NCBI GenBank assembly: GCA_964016885.1 | Contig: OZ024757.1 | Location: 36,022,001 to 36,086,000, forward strand | Length of the DNA stretch: 64,000 bases | Direction: 5' to 3' | From: Eledone cirrhosa | Taxonomy: Eukaryota | Shown: positions 46,327-60,670 of the stretch, piece after piece | How the letters are laid out: the number at the start of each line of letters is the position of its first letter | Numbering within the stretch: the stretch's first letter is position 1 | Program-made: the position numbers and the translations under genes | Notes under the pieces: model-generated | What the model saw: the letters and a program-made list of their open reading frames with translations, nothing else | What the model was told of the DNA's origin: nothing | Databases searched by the model: none

Positions 46327-47656
46327 CTGTGGGTAAAGAACATAGGGGCTTACTGTGTGTGGGTAAAGAACATAGGGGCTTACTGTGTGTGGGTGAATAA
46401 CATAGGTTTACTGTGTGTAGAAGATGGAGGTATATTGTATAGGTGTGTATAACAGGAATTTATTGTGTAGAAGGTGGAGATATATATATAGTGTGTGTAT
46501 AATAGAGATTACTGTGTGTAGAACATGTGGAGACATGTGGCCTAGTGGTAAGGGTGCTGGATTACAATCATATTGTTGTGGGTTTGATACCTGGACTGGG
46601 TTGTGTGTTGTGTTCTTGAGCAAAACACTTTATTTCACCTTGTTCCAGTATACTCAGCTGAAAATGAGTAGAAACAATAGTTGGGGTTTAACCCTGCAAT
46701 GGACTGGTGTCCTATCCAGGGGGGAGTCTTGTACTCTCAGTTGCTTAGTGCTATAGAAACGGATAAGTTCCGGCCTGATGAGCCCCTGGGTTCAAGACAG
46801 TCTTCAGAGTGTGTAGAAGATGGCAGTATAGTGTGGTGTATATAATAGGGGATTACTGTGTGTAGATGGAATATTGTAGAACCAGGAATAATTTCAGGTG
46901 ATTTGGTATCAACAGGGTTTTAACTCTTTCTATACGAAACTGCCTGAAACTGCCTCTTGTCCTATCATATAAATCTGATTATTTAAAAAACCTTCCACCT
47001 TTTGGTATGTTCCAAACACCAGCTTCATAATGAGAAAATGATTATAACACCAAATTCCTTCAAATTCTTGGCTATTTTCAAACCAATTTGAAACTCATAA
47101 GCAATGTCTTTTATAAGAAATATGGCAATGAAAGGGAGGTTGGGTGAATGATCTACCAGCTTGTAAAATTTCAGGGGTTCACTACAAGGCAGTGATGGGG
47201 AAATACAGTTAGAAGATGATGATGTTACTACTACTACTACTACTACTGCCGCAGCCAACCACCATCACCACCACCACCACAGTAACCACCGTTATCCCCA
47301 CCACATCCCTTGCTTATCTAAAGTGAATAACCTCTCTGCCTCACTCCCCCTGAACTTTCCCCCACCCTGGGAACATATGACATGTCCTTGACACTTGTTC
47401 CTGGTGTGGGGACCAGAGGGTTTAATTAACTGATAACCTCAAAAACATGGGCTTTCACACACACACACACACACACAAGTAAATATATATATATATACAC
47501 TCATACACATCTACACATACACATACAGAGTAATATTTGGTAGGTATGTATTGCTGAGCAGTAGATATGCTTTACATGTATATACAGATATATATCATCA
47601 TCATCATCATCATCATCATTTTATGTGTGGGTGTGTGTGTGTGTGTATATATATAA

Positions 47657-48679
47657 ATTACATTACGCAGTAACGAGGGAACAAGCTGGCATTACATTAC
47701 GCAGTAACGGGGGGGGGGGGGGGGACAAGCCAGCATTACATTATGCAGTAACAGGGGGACAAGCCGGCATTACATTACGCAGTAACAGGGGGACAAGCCA
47801 GCATTACATTACGCAGTAACAGGGGGACAAGCCAGCATTACATTATGCAGTAACAGGGGGACAAGCCGGCATTACATTACGCAGTAACAGGGGGACAAGC
47901 CGGCATTACATTATGCAGTAACAGGAGGGACAAGCCGGCATTACATTATGCAGTAACGGGGGAACAAGCCGGCATTACATTACGCAGTAACAGGGGGACA
48001 AGCCGGCATTACATTACGCAGTAACGGGGGGGGGGGAACAAGCCGGCATTACATTACGCAGTAACGGGGGGGGGGGGGCAGCCGGCATTACATTACGCAG
48101 TAACAGGGGGGACAAGCCAGCATTACATTATGCAGTAACGGGGGAACAAGCCGGCATTACATTACGCAGTAACAGGGGGACAAGCCAGCATTACATTACG
48201 CAGTAACAGGGGGACAAGCCGGCATTACATTACGCAGTAACGGGGGGGGGGGGAACAAGCCGGCATTACATTACGCAGTAACAGGGGGACAAGCCAGCAT
48301 TACATTACGCAGTAACAGGGGGACAAGCCAGCATTACATTACGCAGTAACAGGGGGACAAGCCGGCATTACATTACGCAGTAACAGGGGGACAAGCCGGC
48401 ATTACATTACGCAGTAACGGGGGGGGGGGGGACAAGCCGGCATTACATTACGCAGTAACAGGGGGGACAAGCCAGCATTACATTATGCAGTAACGGGGGG
48501 ACAAGCCGGCATTACATTACGCAGTAACAGGGGGACAAGCCGGCATTACATTACGCAGTAACAGGGGGACAAGCCGGCATTACATTACGCAGTAACAGGG
48601 GGACAAGCCGGCATTACATTATGCAGTAACAGGGGGGACAAGCCGGCATTACATTATGCAGTAACGGGGGAACAAGCCG
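47657..48679. repeat. about 34-bp minisatellite with variable poly-G
   Basis: attacattacgcagtaacagggggacaagccggc, about 29 copies. Confidence 0.96.
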
Positions 48680-51218
48680 AAGCTGAAGCATATAAACAGA
48701 TCAGCCAAGCTCATGGACGTTATCCAACCATCTTGTTTGGGGTCTACCCCTGGGGAGATTATAAGAATATACTGAAGTGAAATTCAACTGGTGCACAATG
48801 GAGAACACTACCACCCCCAACACTACAACAACCACCAACAACAACCACCAACAACAACCACTACAACAGCTGTACGTGCTGTTACATATTATTGCTGTTA
48901 TCTATATCTTTTATGTGAAATAATGAAATTATTTCACCTGGCTAATATATGGCTGTGTGTCTCTCTGTCTCTGTGTGTGTAGTGTGTGTTTCTGTGTGGG
49001 TGTCTGTGTGGGTGTGTCTGTCTGTGTGTATTTGTGTGTGTGTGAGTGTCTCTGCATGTGTATATGTTTGTATATTGTGTTTGTCTGTGTCTGCATGTGT
49101 GTGTGTGTGTGTGTGTCTGCTTCTGCAGGTGTGTGTGTAGAGAGAGAGAGAGATGTAAACCATTTATGGAAATAAAATATTTTATATATTGTATTGAAAG
49201 TCAACTACTATAGTATGGTCCCCACACTGAAGGTCAACTACCATAGTATGGTTCTGATTGAGCCATTGGGGTGCCATAATGGAATATGGCATTTCTAATG
49301 AATTTCTAAGCCTAGTGGAGCTGGTCTCCTCACCAGGTCTGAATAAAGCAGATTTCTACCAGTGAAGGAGAGGAAGTGAGAAAATGTACATACACACACA
49401 CATATATATATTTATGGGTCCATACCATACTATATATATATATATAGTATGGTATGGACCCATAACTCCTGAGGTAGTGGTAGGGGTGCCATATTGTCAT
49501 ATGGTGTTTCTTCAGGCATTTATAAACCCGGTGGAGTCCGCCTTTTCATATCTGAGTGCAGCAGATTTCTTCCAATGAAGGATAGAAAGAGTGAGAAAAA
49601 GAGACTTAGAGGATGACTGAAGAATCGACCCCAGTACTAGACTGGTACGTTTTTTATCAAACTTGAAAGAATGAAAGGCAAAGTTGACCTCGGTGGGATT
49701 TGAATTCAAAGAGCAAAAAGCTTGAAAGAATTCTGCAAAGCATTCCATCCAACTCTGCCAATTCGCCACCTCCACTAGTCCATATAATCCACTATTCACT
49801 CCTAGAAATATTTCTGGCCTCATGCCTACTACGTAGAAAAATAATTGTTTCTACTTTTGGCACAAGGCCAGCAATTACTCCGGTGCATTACAGGTACTTT
49901 ATTTTATCGACCCCGTAAGGATGAAGGGCAAAGTTAACCTCGATGGGATTTGAACTCAGACCATAAAGGGCCGTAACTCCTTGCTGCAAGGCATGGCGTC
50001 CAACCCTCTACCAATACTGCCAATCCACTACGTAGAAAAATAATATAAACACGAGTTTAGGTTAAAGAAAAACATAGTGCAAGGAGAAAGTGAAAAATAT
50101 GAGAGAGATTGGGAGACATAGAAAAGAAAGAACTGGATAAGTTTTGGTAATAATATGGAAGAGAGAGAGGGGTAGTAAAAGAAATTGATTCAACATTGTG
50201 GTGGTAGTGGAGAAGCAGGTGATAACTATATTCAAAAGAAAGAAGTGGGATGAGTTGAAAGAGATGCTTAAAACACTACTGGAAAGCACATGGGACATAG
50301 ACACAGATATACATTTTGAAATATATAATAGATTAAGGCTCTGGTTTGGGGGACTTATTAATATATTTGAAAAGAAAACAACAGTAGAAATATAGTTTAA
50401 TGTTTCAAGCAAACGTTAAAGCATACTTTATGTTCACATAATAAAAATAAATTTGATATCAGTGTGATTGATTCTTATAATCTAAAATGTGGCCTTTAAA
50501 TGACGAAGGACATGTTTACACAATAAAGGTAAAGATCTTGGTGGAAGTCAAACTTACAGGTTAAATCTATGTTCCTTAATAATAGAGGAGAGTAGGAAGG
50601 AGAGAAAGAAAAAAGAAAAACCAAAAGCTAGCCAGTATGAGGATTTTTCCACATTATTAGCACAACACTTTAATTAATCTACTGAGCTAACCAGCTTTTC
50701 ATTGTTTTGATCTTAGAAATCAAAGTAAACACACACACACACATATATATAATTAAGGCTGGTATTCCGAAGGTGATTGGGTGTAAAGACCACAGTTAAA
50801 TAAGGTATTCAATAAGTTAGAGAAAAAACTTATTTTCAATTGTATAAAACAGTTCTAATCCTGTAGTCATTTCTATATAAAATATATTTAAATACATGCA
50901 TGGCCCCGTAACTCTAGGGAGAGTTGTTGGGGCACCACATTGACATACAACATTTCTAGGGAATTTTTAAACCTGACAGAGCCCGTGAGAATGGAAGTAG
51001 ACCCCAGTACTAGACTGGTACTTTTTTTATTGACCTCAAAAGGATAAAAGACAAAGTTGCCCTTGGCGGGATTTGAACTGAGAATGCAGAGTCGGAACAA
51101 ATACCACAAAGCATTCTCATCTGATGTTCTAGCATCTCTGCCAATTCACTACTAATACTTAAATATGTACATACATTTAAATACATTTATACAAAGGGTT
51201 GGTGCCAACGAAGACTTT

Positions 51219-51525
51219 GGAGGATCCTTCAGTTGTGTCAAGGACATGACAGCCTCACTAGTGTTGGTGATCTACATGATAAACACATCTAGTACATGCT
51301 GTGGTGTTAGGAGGGGCATCCAGCCATAGAAAGCTTGCCAAATAAAGGGTTGGGAGGACCCTTCAGTTGTGTCAAGGACATGACAGCCTCACTAGTGTTG
51401 GTGATCTACATGATAAACACATCTAGTACATGCTGTGGTGATAGGAGGGGCATCCAGCCATAGAAAGCTTGCCAAATAAAGGGTTGGGAGGACCTTTCAG
51501 TTGTGCCAAAGATATGACAACCTCA
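51219..51525. repeat. 134-bp tandem duplication (about 2.3 copies)
   Basis: cttcagttgtgtcaaggacatgacagcc at 51227 and 51361. Confidence 0.9.
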
Positions 51526-52136
51526 ATTGTGCACTTGGTAGAATGAGACCGTACGTAAGTGTGATGCAGACCTCTGGTCTGTCTGGGATGCCAGTAGCCC
51601 AACCTCAGTACTGACTTGGTCTATGTAAACCCATCCAGCCCTTGCTAATGGGGAAAGTGACTGTTAAATGACAATGATGATGGTATATATACATATAAAA
51701 ATATATATATATGTATAGTTGGAGTTAGGAAGAGCATCCCGCCGTAGAAAACTAGCCAGAAATATCCCTATATGAGCGAGACATGGTCATCTGACCCAAG
51801 TTGCCTCTAAACGGGACCCGTCTAACCCATGCTAGCATGGAAGATGGACGTTAATCAATGATGATGATATATATAAGATATACACTTGTATTTATGTGTT
51901 GTTGGTAGTGAAGGTGATTCTTTTTATTGAAAATCGGGGATGTTGGTATTGTTTAGCCACAGGTCAGCCCTGATAACACAGCAAACCTATGATCAGAGGC
52001 ATCCCATCTTTATTTCTATGCACATGGAATCCAGGATTACATTACACAACGTATCCTGTAGTTTCGTTAGTTTTTTTTTCATAAAAGGCAGTATATGTGC
52101 GGGGCCGAACTTTCACCTGAGGCCTTAACCATTTAG

Positions 52137-52750
52137 CATTTACATTACTCGATATTTACTATTATATTTTCACAGTAAAGGCTTTACCTTACATAATATC
52201 TCACATAACATTTACATTACTCTATATATACTATTGTATTTTCATAGTAAAGGCTTTACCTCACATAATATCTGACATAGCATTTACATTACTCTATATA
52301 TACTATTGTATTTTCATAGTAAAGGCTTTACCTCACATAATATCTCACATAACATTTACATTACTCTATATATACTATTGTATTTTCATAGTAAAGGCTT
52401 TACCTCACATAATATCTGACATAGCATTTACATTACTCTATATATACTATTGTATTTTCATAGTAAAGGCTTTACCTCACATAATATCTCACATAACATT
52501 TACATTACTCTATATATACTATTGTATTTTCATAGTAAAGGCTTTACCTCACATAATATCTGACATAGCATTTACATTACTCGATATTTACTATTATATT
52601 TTCACAGTAAATGCTTTACTTCACATAATATCTCACATAACATTTATATTACTCTATATTTACTATTATATTTTCACAGTAAAGGCTTTACCTTACATAA
52701 TATCTCACATAACATTTACATTACTCTATATTTGCTATTATATTTTCATA
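52137..52750. repeat. 72-bp satellite (144-bp higher order)
   Basis: catttacattactc at 52137, 52209, 52281, 52353 and onward; units alternate ctcacataa / ctgacatag. Confidence 0.95.
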
Positions 52751-53335
52751 GCACTTCTTTACCCAGCGGTCATCTTCCATGCGCATCACATGTCCATACC
52801 ATCTCAGTCTTCTCTCCTGCACACCACAACTTATCCCTCTTATACCCAGTTTCTTTCTCAACTCGTCTATTCTTGGTCGTTCACGCACATTGACATTGCA
52901 CATCCAACGGAGCATGCTTGCTTCATTTCTCTCCAGCCGTCGCATATCTTCTGCAGTTGCTGCCCATGTCTCACTACCATGCAGCATTGCGCATCTCACA
53001 CAGGCATCATATAACCGTCCTTTCGTATGCAGGGAGAGACCCTTCTTTGTCAACAGAGGAAGCAGCTCCCTAAACTTCTTCCAACCCTGTCCTTATTCTA
53101 GATACTATGGCCTTGGAACACCCCCTCCCCCTCCCATGCTAATCTGATCGCCTAGGTACCAGAAGCTATCCACCACTTCTATAGAACCCACCTGCATTGG
53201 AAAAATGTGTCTATCATTGCGATTACTACTGCCAACTTCCCTCTACATCTACTGCATACATAGTTTTCCCTACCTGTTAGTTTGCCTGCTATCCCACTAC
53301 ATCTCTTGTGTACCCAAGATCTGCATTGTGTGCAT
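52750..53335 (-). mobile_element. RTE LINE fragment
   Basis: [20 protein letters not shown]...[13 protein letters not shown]. Confidence 0.9.
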
Positions 53336-53404
53336 TTTTTATATTAATGTTAAAGATGAATAATAAATAATATATATATATATACTTATCTACTTATATA
53401 TATA

Positions 53405-53465
<61 letters not shown>

Positions 53466-53588
53466 TTATATGTATGTGTGTCTATGTGTGTGTAGTAGAA
53501 ATAGAACCCAATGGTAGCACATATATGTTAAGTGTATGAAACTTTCTTTACACTATATATACATATATAGTGTATGAAACTTTCTTTA

Positions 53589-53653
<65 letters not shown>

Positions 53654-54009
53654 ATTAGAGATTGGATTTTGTTAGGGGATCCCATTGGATTAGTGACTCT
53701 TGGCGAAACACGTCAGTATATAATAAATGTTAGTCCATTAACTGTGAAATTGATGCATTCATGTAACTTATCATATTACATATTTGTTTTGCAAAGTTTT
53801 TGATATGAAATCATGTGTCGAAACAAATATTGTTATACTTGGGGAGGGTCATATTGTTATAATATTGCCAGAAATAATAACAGAACACACTCACTGTTTG
53901 GTTTGGGTTGGTTTTTGCTTCTGTGTCTTTTATATCTCCATAGTTAATTTATTTGGCAATCAATCAATCAATCAATGTTTATCATTGATTGACCAATGGT
54001 TAAAAATAG

Positions 54010-54070
<61 letters not shown>

Positions 54071-54607
54071 ATATATAAGTTCTTTCATCACACATCTGCG
54101 ACATCATCAGTGGTACTATTATGTTTCCTCCCATTGTATTGTAAAGCCTATGCCATTTTTATTTTATTTATTTATTTATTTTTGTCTCTGTCTCTACGCA
54201 TGCATTTGCGTGTGTGTTTTCTGTTTGGTGTGTGTGTTCGCGTTTGAGTGTATGTGTTTTTGTTTTTGTATTCTATCTTTGTTCACTAGTGTGTGTTTAT
54301 ATGTGTTTGTTGTTATTGTACTTGTGTATATATTTATTTATATATATTTCCCTTAGCTCAGAATTGTTTGTTTGGGTGTGGTTGTTGTTATTCCATTCTT
54401 TCTTTCTGTTTAACTTTGTTTTCTTAGTTCTATCTCAGTTGCTTCTCTGATTTGCCTACCTGTTGAGTTATTTCTCCTTCTTACCATTACTTCTTGTCTA
54501 GTCATTCCTGTTTTTTCCTGGTACTATATCTTTTTCTATTATATACACTCTGCCTGTGTATAGAGTGTTTGATTTGGACCAACACCAGTATTTCATCGTA
54601 CTACCTA

Positions 54608-54658
<51 letters not shown>

Positions 54659-54676
54659 CTATACCTTTCATTTATA

Positions 54677-54751
<75 letters not shown>

Positions 54752-54755
<4 letters not shown>

Positions 54756-55806
54756 AAGCATAGAATCAAAAGGCCTTAAAATTAACCTGTCTAAGACTAA
54801 AGTTCTAGTTTGTAGGAAGGAATATAGGGCACTGGTCCCATCTAGGAAATGGCCATGCTCAGTGTGTAGGAAAGGAGTAGGCAGAAACTCCATTTTATGT
54901 CCCAAATGCAAAGTATGGGTGCATAAAAGATGTAGTGGGATCACAGGTAAGCTAACTAAGAATATAGATTTTATATGTGGCCGGTGCTCAGGTGCAATAA
55001 GTAGCAGCAAGTGCCCACAGAATACTAGCTCATTCCATTGCACAGATGGTTCTATAGAAATAGTGGACACCTTCCGTTACCTGGGTGACAAAATCAGCAA
55101 TGGTGGTGGGTGCTCTGAAAGTACAGTAGCTAGAGTCAGAACGGGATGGAAAAAGTTCCGAGAGCTTATACCACTATTGGCCGCTAAAGGTTTCTCTCTA
55201 AAAATGAAAGGCAGGCTGTATGATGCCTGCATACGAACAGCAATGCTACATGGCAGTGAGACTTGGGCATTGTGTGCAGAGGATATACGCAGACTGGAGA
55301 GGAACGAAGCTTGCATGCTCCGTTGGATGTGTAATAGTAATATACATGAAGGGCAAAGCATAAATGAACTAAGGGAGAAATTAGGAATAAGAAGGATCAG
55401 ATGTTGTTTACTCGAGAGAAAACTACATTGGTATGGTCACGTGATGCGCATGAAAGACGACAGCTGTATAAAAAAGTGCAGGGCGATAATAATAGACGGT
55501 AGCCACGGAGTAGGCAGACCCAGAAAAACCAGTCCGAAATAAATGAGGTTGTGTAGGTGTCACGACAAAAAAACACACAGTCCACGCTGTAATGTGGCCG
55601 TGTAGGTAACGCGGTAAAAACCTCCCAGTCCACACTGTAAGCGTGGTTAGTGTTAGGAAGGGCATCCAGCCGTAGAAAACCCGCCAGACAGTCCTATACG
55701 AGCAAGACAACCAATCTTGCCTCAAGTGGGAAAATTCCCATCCAAACCCATGCAAGCGTGGAAGATGGACGTTAAACGATGATGATGATGATGATGATGA
55801 TGATGA
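54752..55806 (+). mobile_element. RTE-clade LINE 3' fragment with Cys-rich insert and (TGA)n tail
   Basis: [65 protein letters not shown]. Confidence 0.92.
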
Positions 55807-55868
55807 TATATATATATATATATATATATGATATTAATAAATGGAAACTATATTTATAAAACCATATT

Positions 55869-55929
55869 TATTCTATTATATATATTTCAAGGGTACCAAA
55901 ACTTTGGTATGCTCTCATCAGATAAAATA
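55869..55929 (-). ncRNA. type I hammerhead ribozyme motif, same family
   Basis: Minus strand: tattttat CTGATGA gagcatacca aagttt tggtaccctt GAAA tatatATA atagaata. Confidence 0.7.
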
Positions 55930-56499
55930 CAGAGCTTGTTTTATAAATATTGACATATCCAGGAATGAGACCTTAATGGTTCAAGTTTTACCTGGATAGT
56001 TATAAATTAAATATCCCTTTGCTTATATATATATATGATATATATGAATATATATATATACGGCCCCTTAATTGTTGAGCTAACTCAGTTGCAAGGACTC
56101 GACTGCTATTTCTAGTTGTCGATAACCCTATTCACGCCACTGCAATAAAGCTGGTACGATGCATGTATTTTTGATAAGTGCAACACGTGCTACTAGCCAT
56201 TAGCAGATTTGGATTTGCTGTGTAAACACAGATAGTTAAGTCTTCTTCCTTTTTGAAAATCCGGGATTTGGCTACTGTGGTTTACCGAAAGATTGATGGT
56301 GAAATATATTTCTTTAATGAAATATATACAAGGAAGATTAATCCATATAAGGTATCTATTTTTAAAGTTCTAGTTAAACTTTAATTAGTTACCTACATAG
56401 CTATGTGTGCTTACACACTTTTACAAATTATTCCCTGTGATTGTTTCATATGTTTATTTTAGATATATATATATATATATATCAATCAATTTCTAGTTG

Positions 56500-56583
<84 letters not shown>

Positions 56584-57431
56584 GTAATAAGAATGTTAAG
56601 TCTAAAAAAAAAAAAATCTTTTTCCGACAATTCAGGTATTTACATTTTAAATATGCCGCCTTATGGAATTAGATATGTTCTTACACCCTTTTACAATTTT
56701 CTCCTGTTAATGCTTGATATATTTAAGTATGTGTCAATCGTTTTTTTATTTTATATATATATATATATCACAGAAAAAAGAGAATCAGTGTTGCGACGAA
56801 AGGAATTTATTGGACATATTACAATTGTTTCTTGGGTGACCAGCTCGAGGCATGATCGATGTGGTGATCAAACCTGACTCTGAAATCGCGCGGTCCTCGG
56901 ATAGGAGAATCTGCTTTGTAGAATCGAGATGTATCCGAGGACCGTGCGATTTCAGAGTCAGGTTTGATCACCATATCGATCGTGCCTCGAGCTGGTCGCC
57001 CGAGAAACAATTGTAATATGTCCAATAAATTCCTTTCGTCGCAACACTGATTCTCTTTTTTGTCTGATATCATACTCTGCTCTATGAGGGCATCGAGTGC
57101 TCATACGACCTACCGCATACGAATGCTTTAAGCATCCAACACCAATTATATATATATATATATATATAACTATATTACAGACTTATATATATATCATCAT
57201 CATCCTTTAATGTCCATTTTCCAATCTTACAATATATATGTACACAGCCATATATCATTAGAGAAACAGAATTGTGTACATATATATAATATAGGGGAAC
57301 ATTATATACTTTAAGGTGGAAAATGAATATATATATTCCTTACGGTACATATTATTATGTTATAATACTTTAAATTAGTATCATCATCATCATTTTACGT
57401 CCGCTTTTCCCTGCTTGTGCGTGATGTGTAT

Positions 57432-57473
<42 letters not shown>

Positions 57474-58015
57474 GTTTATGATTTAGTGTTAAAGAATAAA
57501 AATTAAAGATAAAATTAAGATATATTTTTAAAGAATGAGGTCCGACGGGTGGCCCTAAGATAGCTTATAGGTAAGTCCAGCAAATGTATAGGTGTGATTT
57601 GTGGGAGATTTAGCTGTTACTTCTAGCATGTCGAACAATCACCAAGAAGGACAGTTTGAGTTGTTAATGTTGTTGTAGTGGCAATGTTGGAGTTAACTAA
57701 ACAAGGGCTTTACGATCTTTGAGTTAGGCCCTTACAATCTTATATTGTACATATATTAGGGGCTTTGTGTTAGGGTCCCACAATCAACATATCAGGACTT
57801 TACAATGTGAATGTTGCAGCCTTAAAATCAGCATATGTTAGGGTCTCACAATGAACATATTATTACAATTTACATAAGTTTAAGCTCAAAAAAATAATTT
57901 GAAGGCATTATATATTTTCGGTTTTTGAGAGACCCCCAAGGTGTAATTTTTATTATATGAGTGCTCTAAGTTTTATATAACTTCTTTGTTTTTATTAGTA
58001 ATAATAATAATTAAC

Positions 58016-58039
58016 CTGGTGCTGTGTAGTGGTGTTCAT
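58016..58039 (-). CDS. HGD: candidate HGD first coding exon MNTTTQHQ
   Basis: ATG AAC ACC ACT ACA CAG CAC CAG|gttaat: a phase-0 donor matching the phase-0 acceptor at 46326, in non-repetitive sequence. No homology support. Confidence 0.3.
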
Positions 58040-59430
58040 GCTGTTACAGATAGTTTTTACCAACCTTAAGCTCTGTTGCCATCTCGTTGTTTGTGGGTTA
58101 AGCTGACCTCTAATACCGCAGAAGTTCGTTGTGTGAGAAAGAATTCCGTTCACTGAATGAGAAAAAATGTACTTCAAAACCTCTCACTACGTCCTTATAT
58201 AAATATATTTATGTATATGTATATATATCTGAATATATTTATTGTTTTCAGGGTGATAAGTGAGGAAATTAGCAGGGGCAGGGTTCCTAGTAAAAAACCC
58301 TCCCCACTATATTTGAAGTGGGAGGGATGGGTAGATCTGACAAAGTACTTTTCTTTCTTTTTTTGTTTGTTTTGCTTTTGTTTTTTTATATTTTAGTAAA
58401 AAGCCTGCAGTTCCCCAGTTCCTTTATCTCAGATGTAAGACAGTTGCAGAGTTGGAGAGAGAGAGAAAAGTTGTAGATGATGGTGTTGGTGATGACGGTG
58501 GTGTGGGTGTAGTGGTGTTGGTGTTGGTGGTGGTGGTGGTGGTGTTGCTGGCGATGATGGTGGTGGTGGAGTTCCACAGATAACTGTGTAAAAAAAAAGA
58601 CCCCCCCCCCACACCCATGAAAGAAAACTTGTAAACAATATATTCCTCATGCCCCCCTCCCCCAGAGTTTGAGTTTTCAACAAGGTCATATGGAGGTTGG
58701 TTGGTAGAGAACCAATGAAATGGTTGGGATTGTAGCTTGGAGAAGTACGGGGGGGGGGGTAAGGTAGAAAGAAAGAGAAGAGAGATAGAAAGTGATATTG
58801 GGGTGGATTGGTAGGGGGGGGCAATGAGAGGAGGGTGTGCTGGAGAGAGAGGGAGGGAGAAATAGTTTGAGGCAGAGTGGGAGGGTGTAAGAGAGAGAAA
58901 AGTAGAAGACTGTTGGAGGTGTGCCTGAACCATACCTCCCCCCTTCTTATTTAGCACCCCCCCCCCCCCTTTAACCCCCCCCCCCCCTTTAACCCCCCCC
59001 CCCCCCCCCTCAACTCCCCTCTCCCTTCAACACGCCTCCCCCTTCAACCCCCCCAACGCACTTCCCCATTCAACTCACCTCCCCTTCACCCCCCCTAAGC
59101 TCACCCCCCCGCCCTACAACTCACCTTCCCCTTCAACACACCTCCCCCTTCAAGTACCAGTAATACACTGGGAAAATTGCTGGCCTTGTGCCAAAAGTAG
59201 AAACAATTATTATTATTTAACAATAACAAAGGCAAGTTATTTTACATATCTCGCTCATTGTTTTATGATTGTTTCAGAGGGTTGATCATATTGACGAAGG
59301 TGGTGGTGGACATAATGGGGCAGCTATATAATACATCCCACACAAATAGATGTAACTATAGAATTAAAGCTCCCCTTAATGGTAATTGCTTAATTAGCAG
59401 TATAGTATATAAATGTAAAGTAATTACTAT

Positions 59431-59655
59431 TTAACCCTTTAGTGTTCAAACCGGACAAAACCGGCCAGAATTCTCTACCTCTTTCTGTTGAAACTGGCTG
59501 TAACTGGTCACCCATACTGATGTTAAGGCATTGTTCTTAAAATAAATACTTTCAAAATATCATAGATTCGATATTATGTGAGATAATTATGTCAGGTAAA
59601 GCCTTTACCATGAAAATATAATAGTATATATAAAATGTGAATGCTAAAGGGTTAA
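59431..59655. mobile_element. piggyBac-like MITE, same family
   Basis: TTAA CCCTTTAGTGTTCA ... TGAATGCTAAAGGG TTAA. Confidence 0.78.
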
Positions 59656-59659
59656 AGCT

Positions 59660-60267
59660 GTTTATAGCTATGGTGCGGCCACACTTAGAATTTGCATCAC
59701 CAGTCTGGAACCCCTATCTTGTTCAGAACATTGATCACCTGGAAACTGTTCAGAGACGTGTAACCAAGCGAATACCCTCCATCAGGCATCTATCATACTC
59801 TGAACGCCTTCCTTCCCTGGGCATGGATACATTGAAGCTCTGACGTCTGGCAACTGACTTGGTAAACACCCACAAAATTGTTAACCATCTTGCCAACAAC
59901 AACCCTGAGTACCTTTTTGATTTCCATGTGTCTAACACACGTGGGCATGCCTACAAAGCCAGAAAACAGCACAGCTCCCATGACTTTAGGAAACATTTTT
60001 TCACACTCAGAGTTGCTGAAGCATGGAACAAACTGCCTGCATCAGTTGTTAGCTGTTGAGACACTGCATCCTTTAAAACCTCCATGCTTCCCGAGATTCG
60101 CCAACACTATACCTGATATCCCCCCTCCATATACACGCACACATGTATTTCATGACTCATACACTGTTCATTTTCCTGATGTTTGTACATTATTCTATAT
60201 ACTATACATGCACCTTTGATGAGTTGTAGTGCACCTGAGCACTGTACACAATAATTTCATTATTATT
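59660..60267 (+). mobile_element. CR1/L2-clade LINE 3' fragment
   Basis: Same family as 26895-27492, opposite strand. Confidence 0.88.
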
Positions 60268-60329
60268 GTTCTTTGAGTCTCAGTCATTGATGTTATTTAA
60301 CTGGAAAGTTTGTTGAAATGAATATCAAG

Positions 60330-60670
60330 CCGCTACCTGCAGCCTCAGACATTCAGGACGTATCGGAGGGTTCTTGCTGTTCCCAGCAAGCATGTCTTTT
60401 GAAGTGTTAAAAAAAGCGGGGCTGGACTAATCTTCTTTAACCATCCTTGGAAACTCTTTGAGATAGTACCTAGTGCTCCTATGACAATCAGGACGACCTT
60501 GACTTAATGGCAGTTCCAAATCCTTTTTACCTCCCACTTTAAGTCCTGGTATCGGTTAATTTACTCCCTCTCCTTTTCTTGCAGTCTTGTGTCAAATGGG
60601 CAAGCTACATCTACAATCAGGCACAATCTTTTTTCCTAGTCCAAAACCACCAAGTCAGGCCTATTGTGTT
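60330..60670 (-). mobile_element. R4/NeSL-like non-LTR element, REL endonuclease fragment
   Basis: RPDLVVLD*EKRLCLIVDVACPFD...RYQDLKWEVKRIW...IVIGALG. Confidence 0.8.

Noticed and set aside
54556-55542. 328-aa ORF as a host zinc-finger gene
   Set aside because: TA repeat fused to an RTE RT C-terminal region; copies at 52750 and 62755.
58955-59150. ttaacccc runs as telomeric repeat
   Set aside because: Not CCCTAA arrays; irregular poly-C low-complexity tract.
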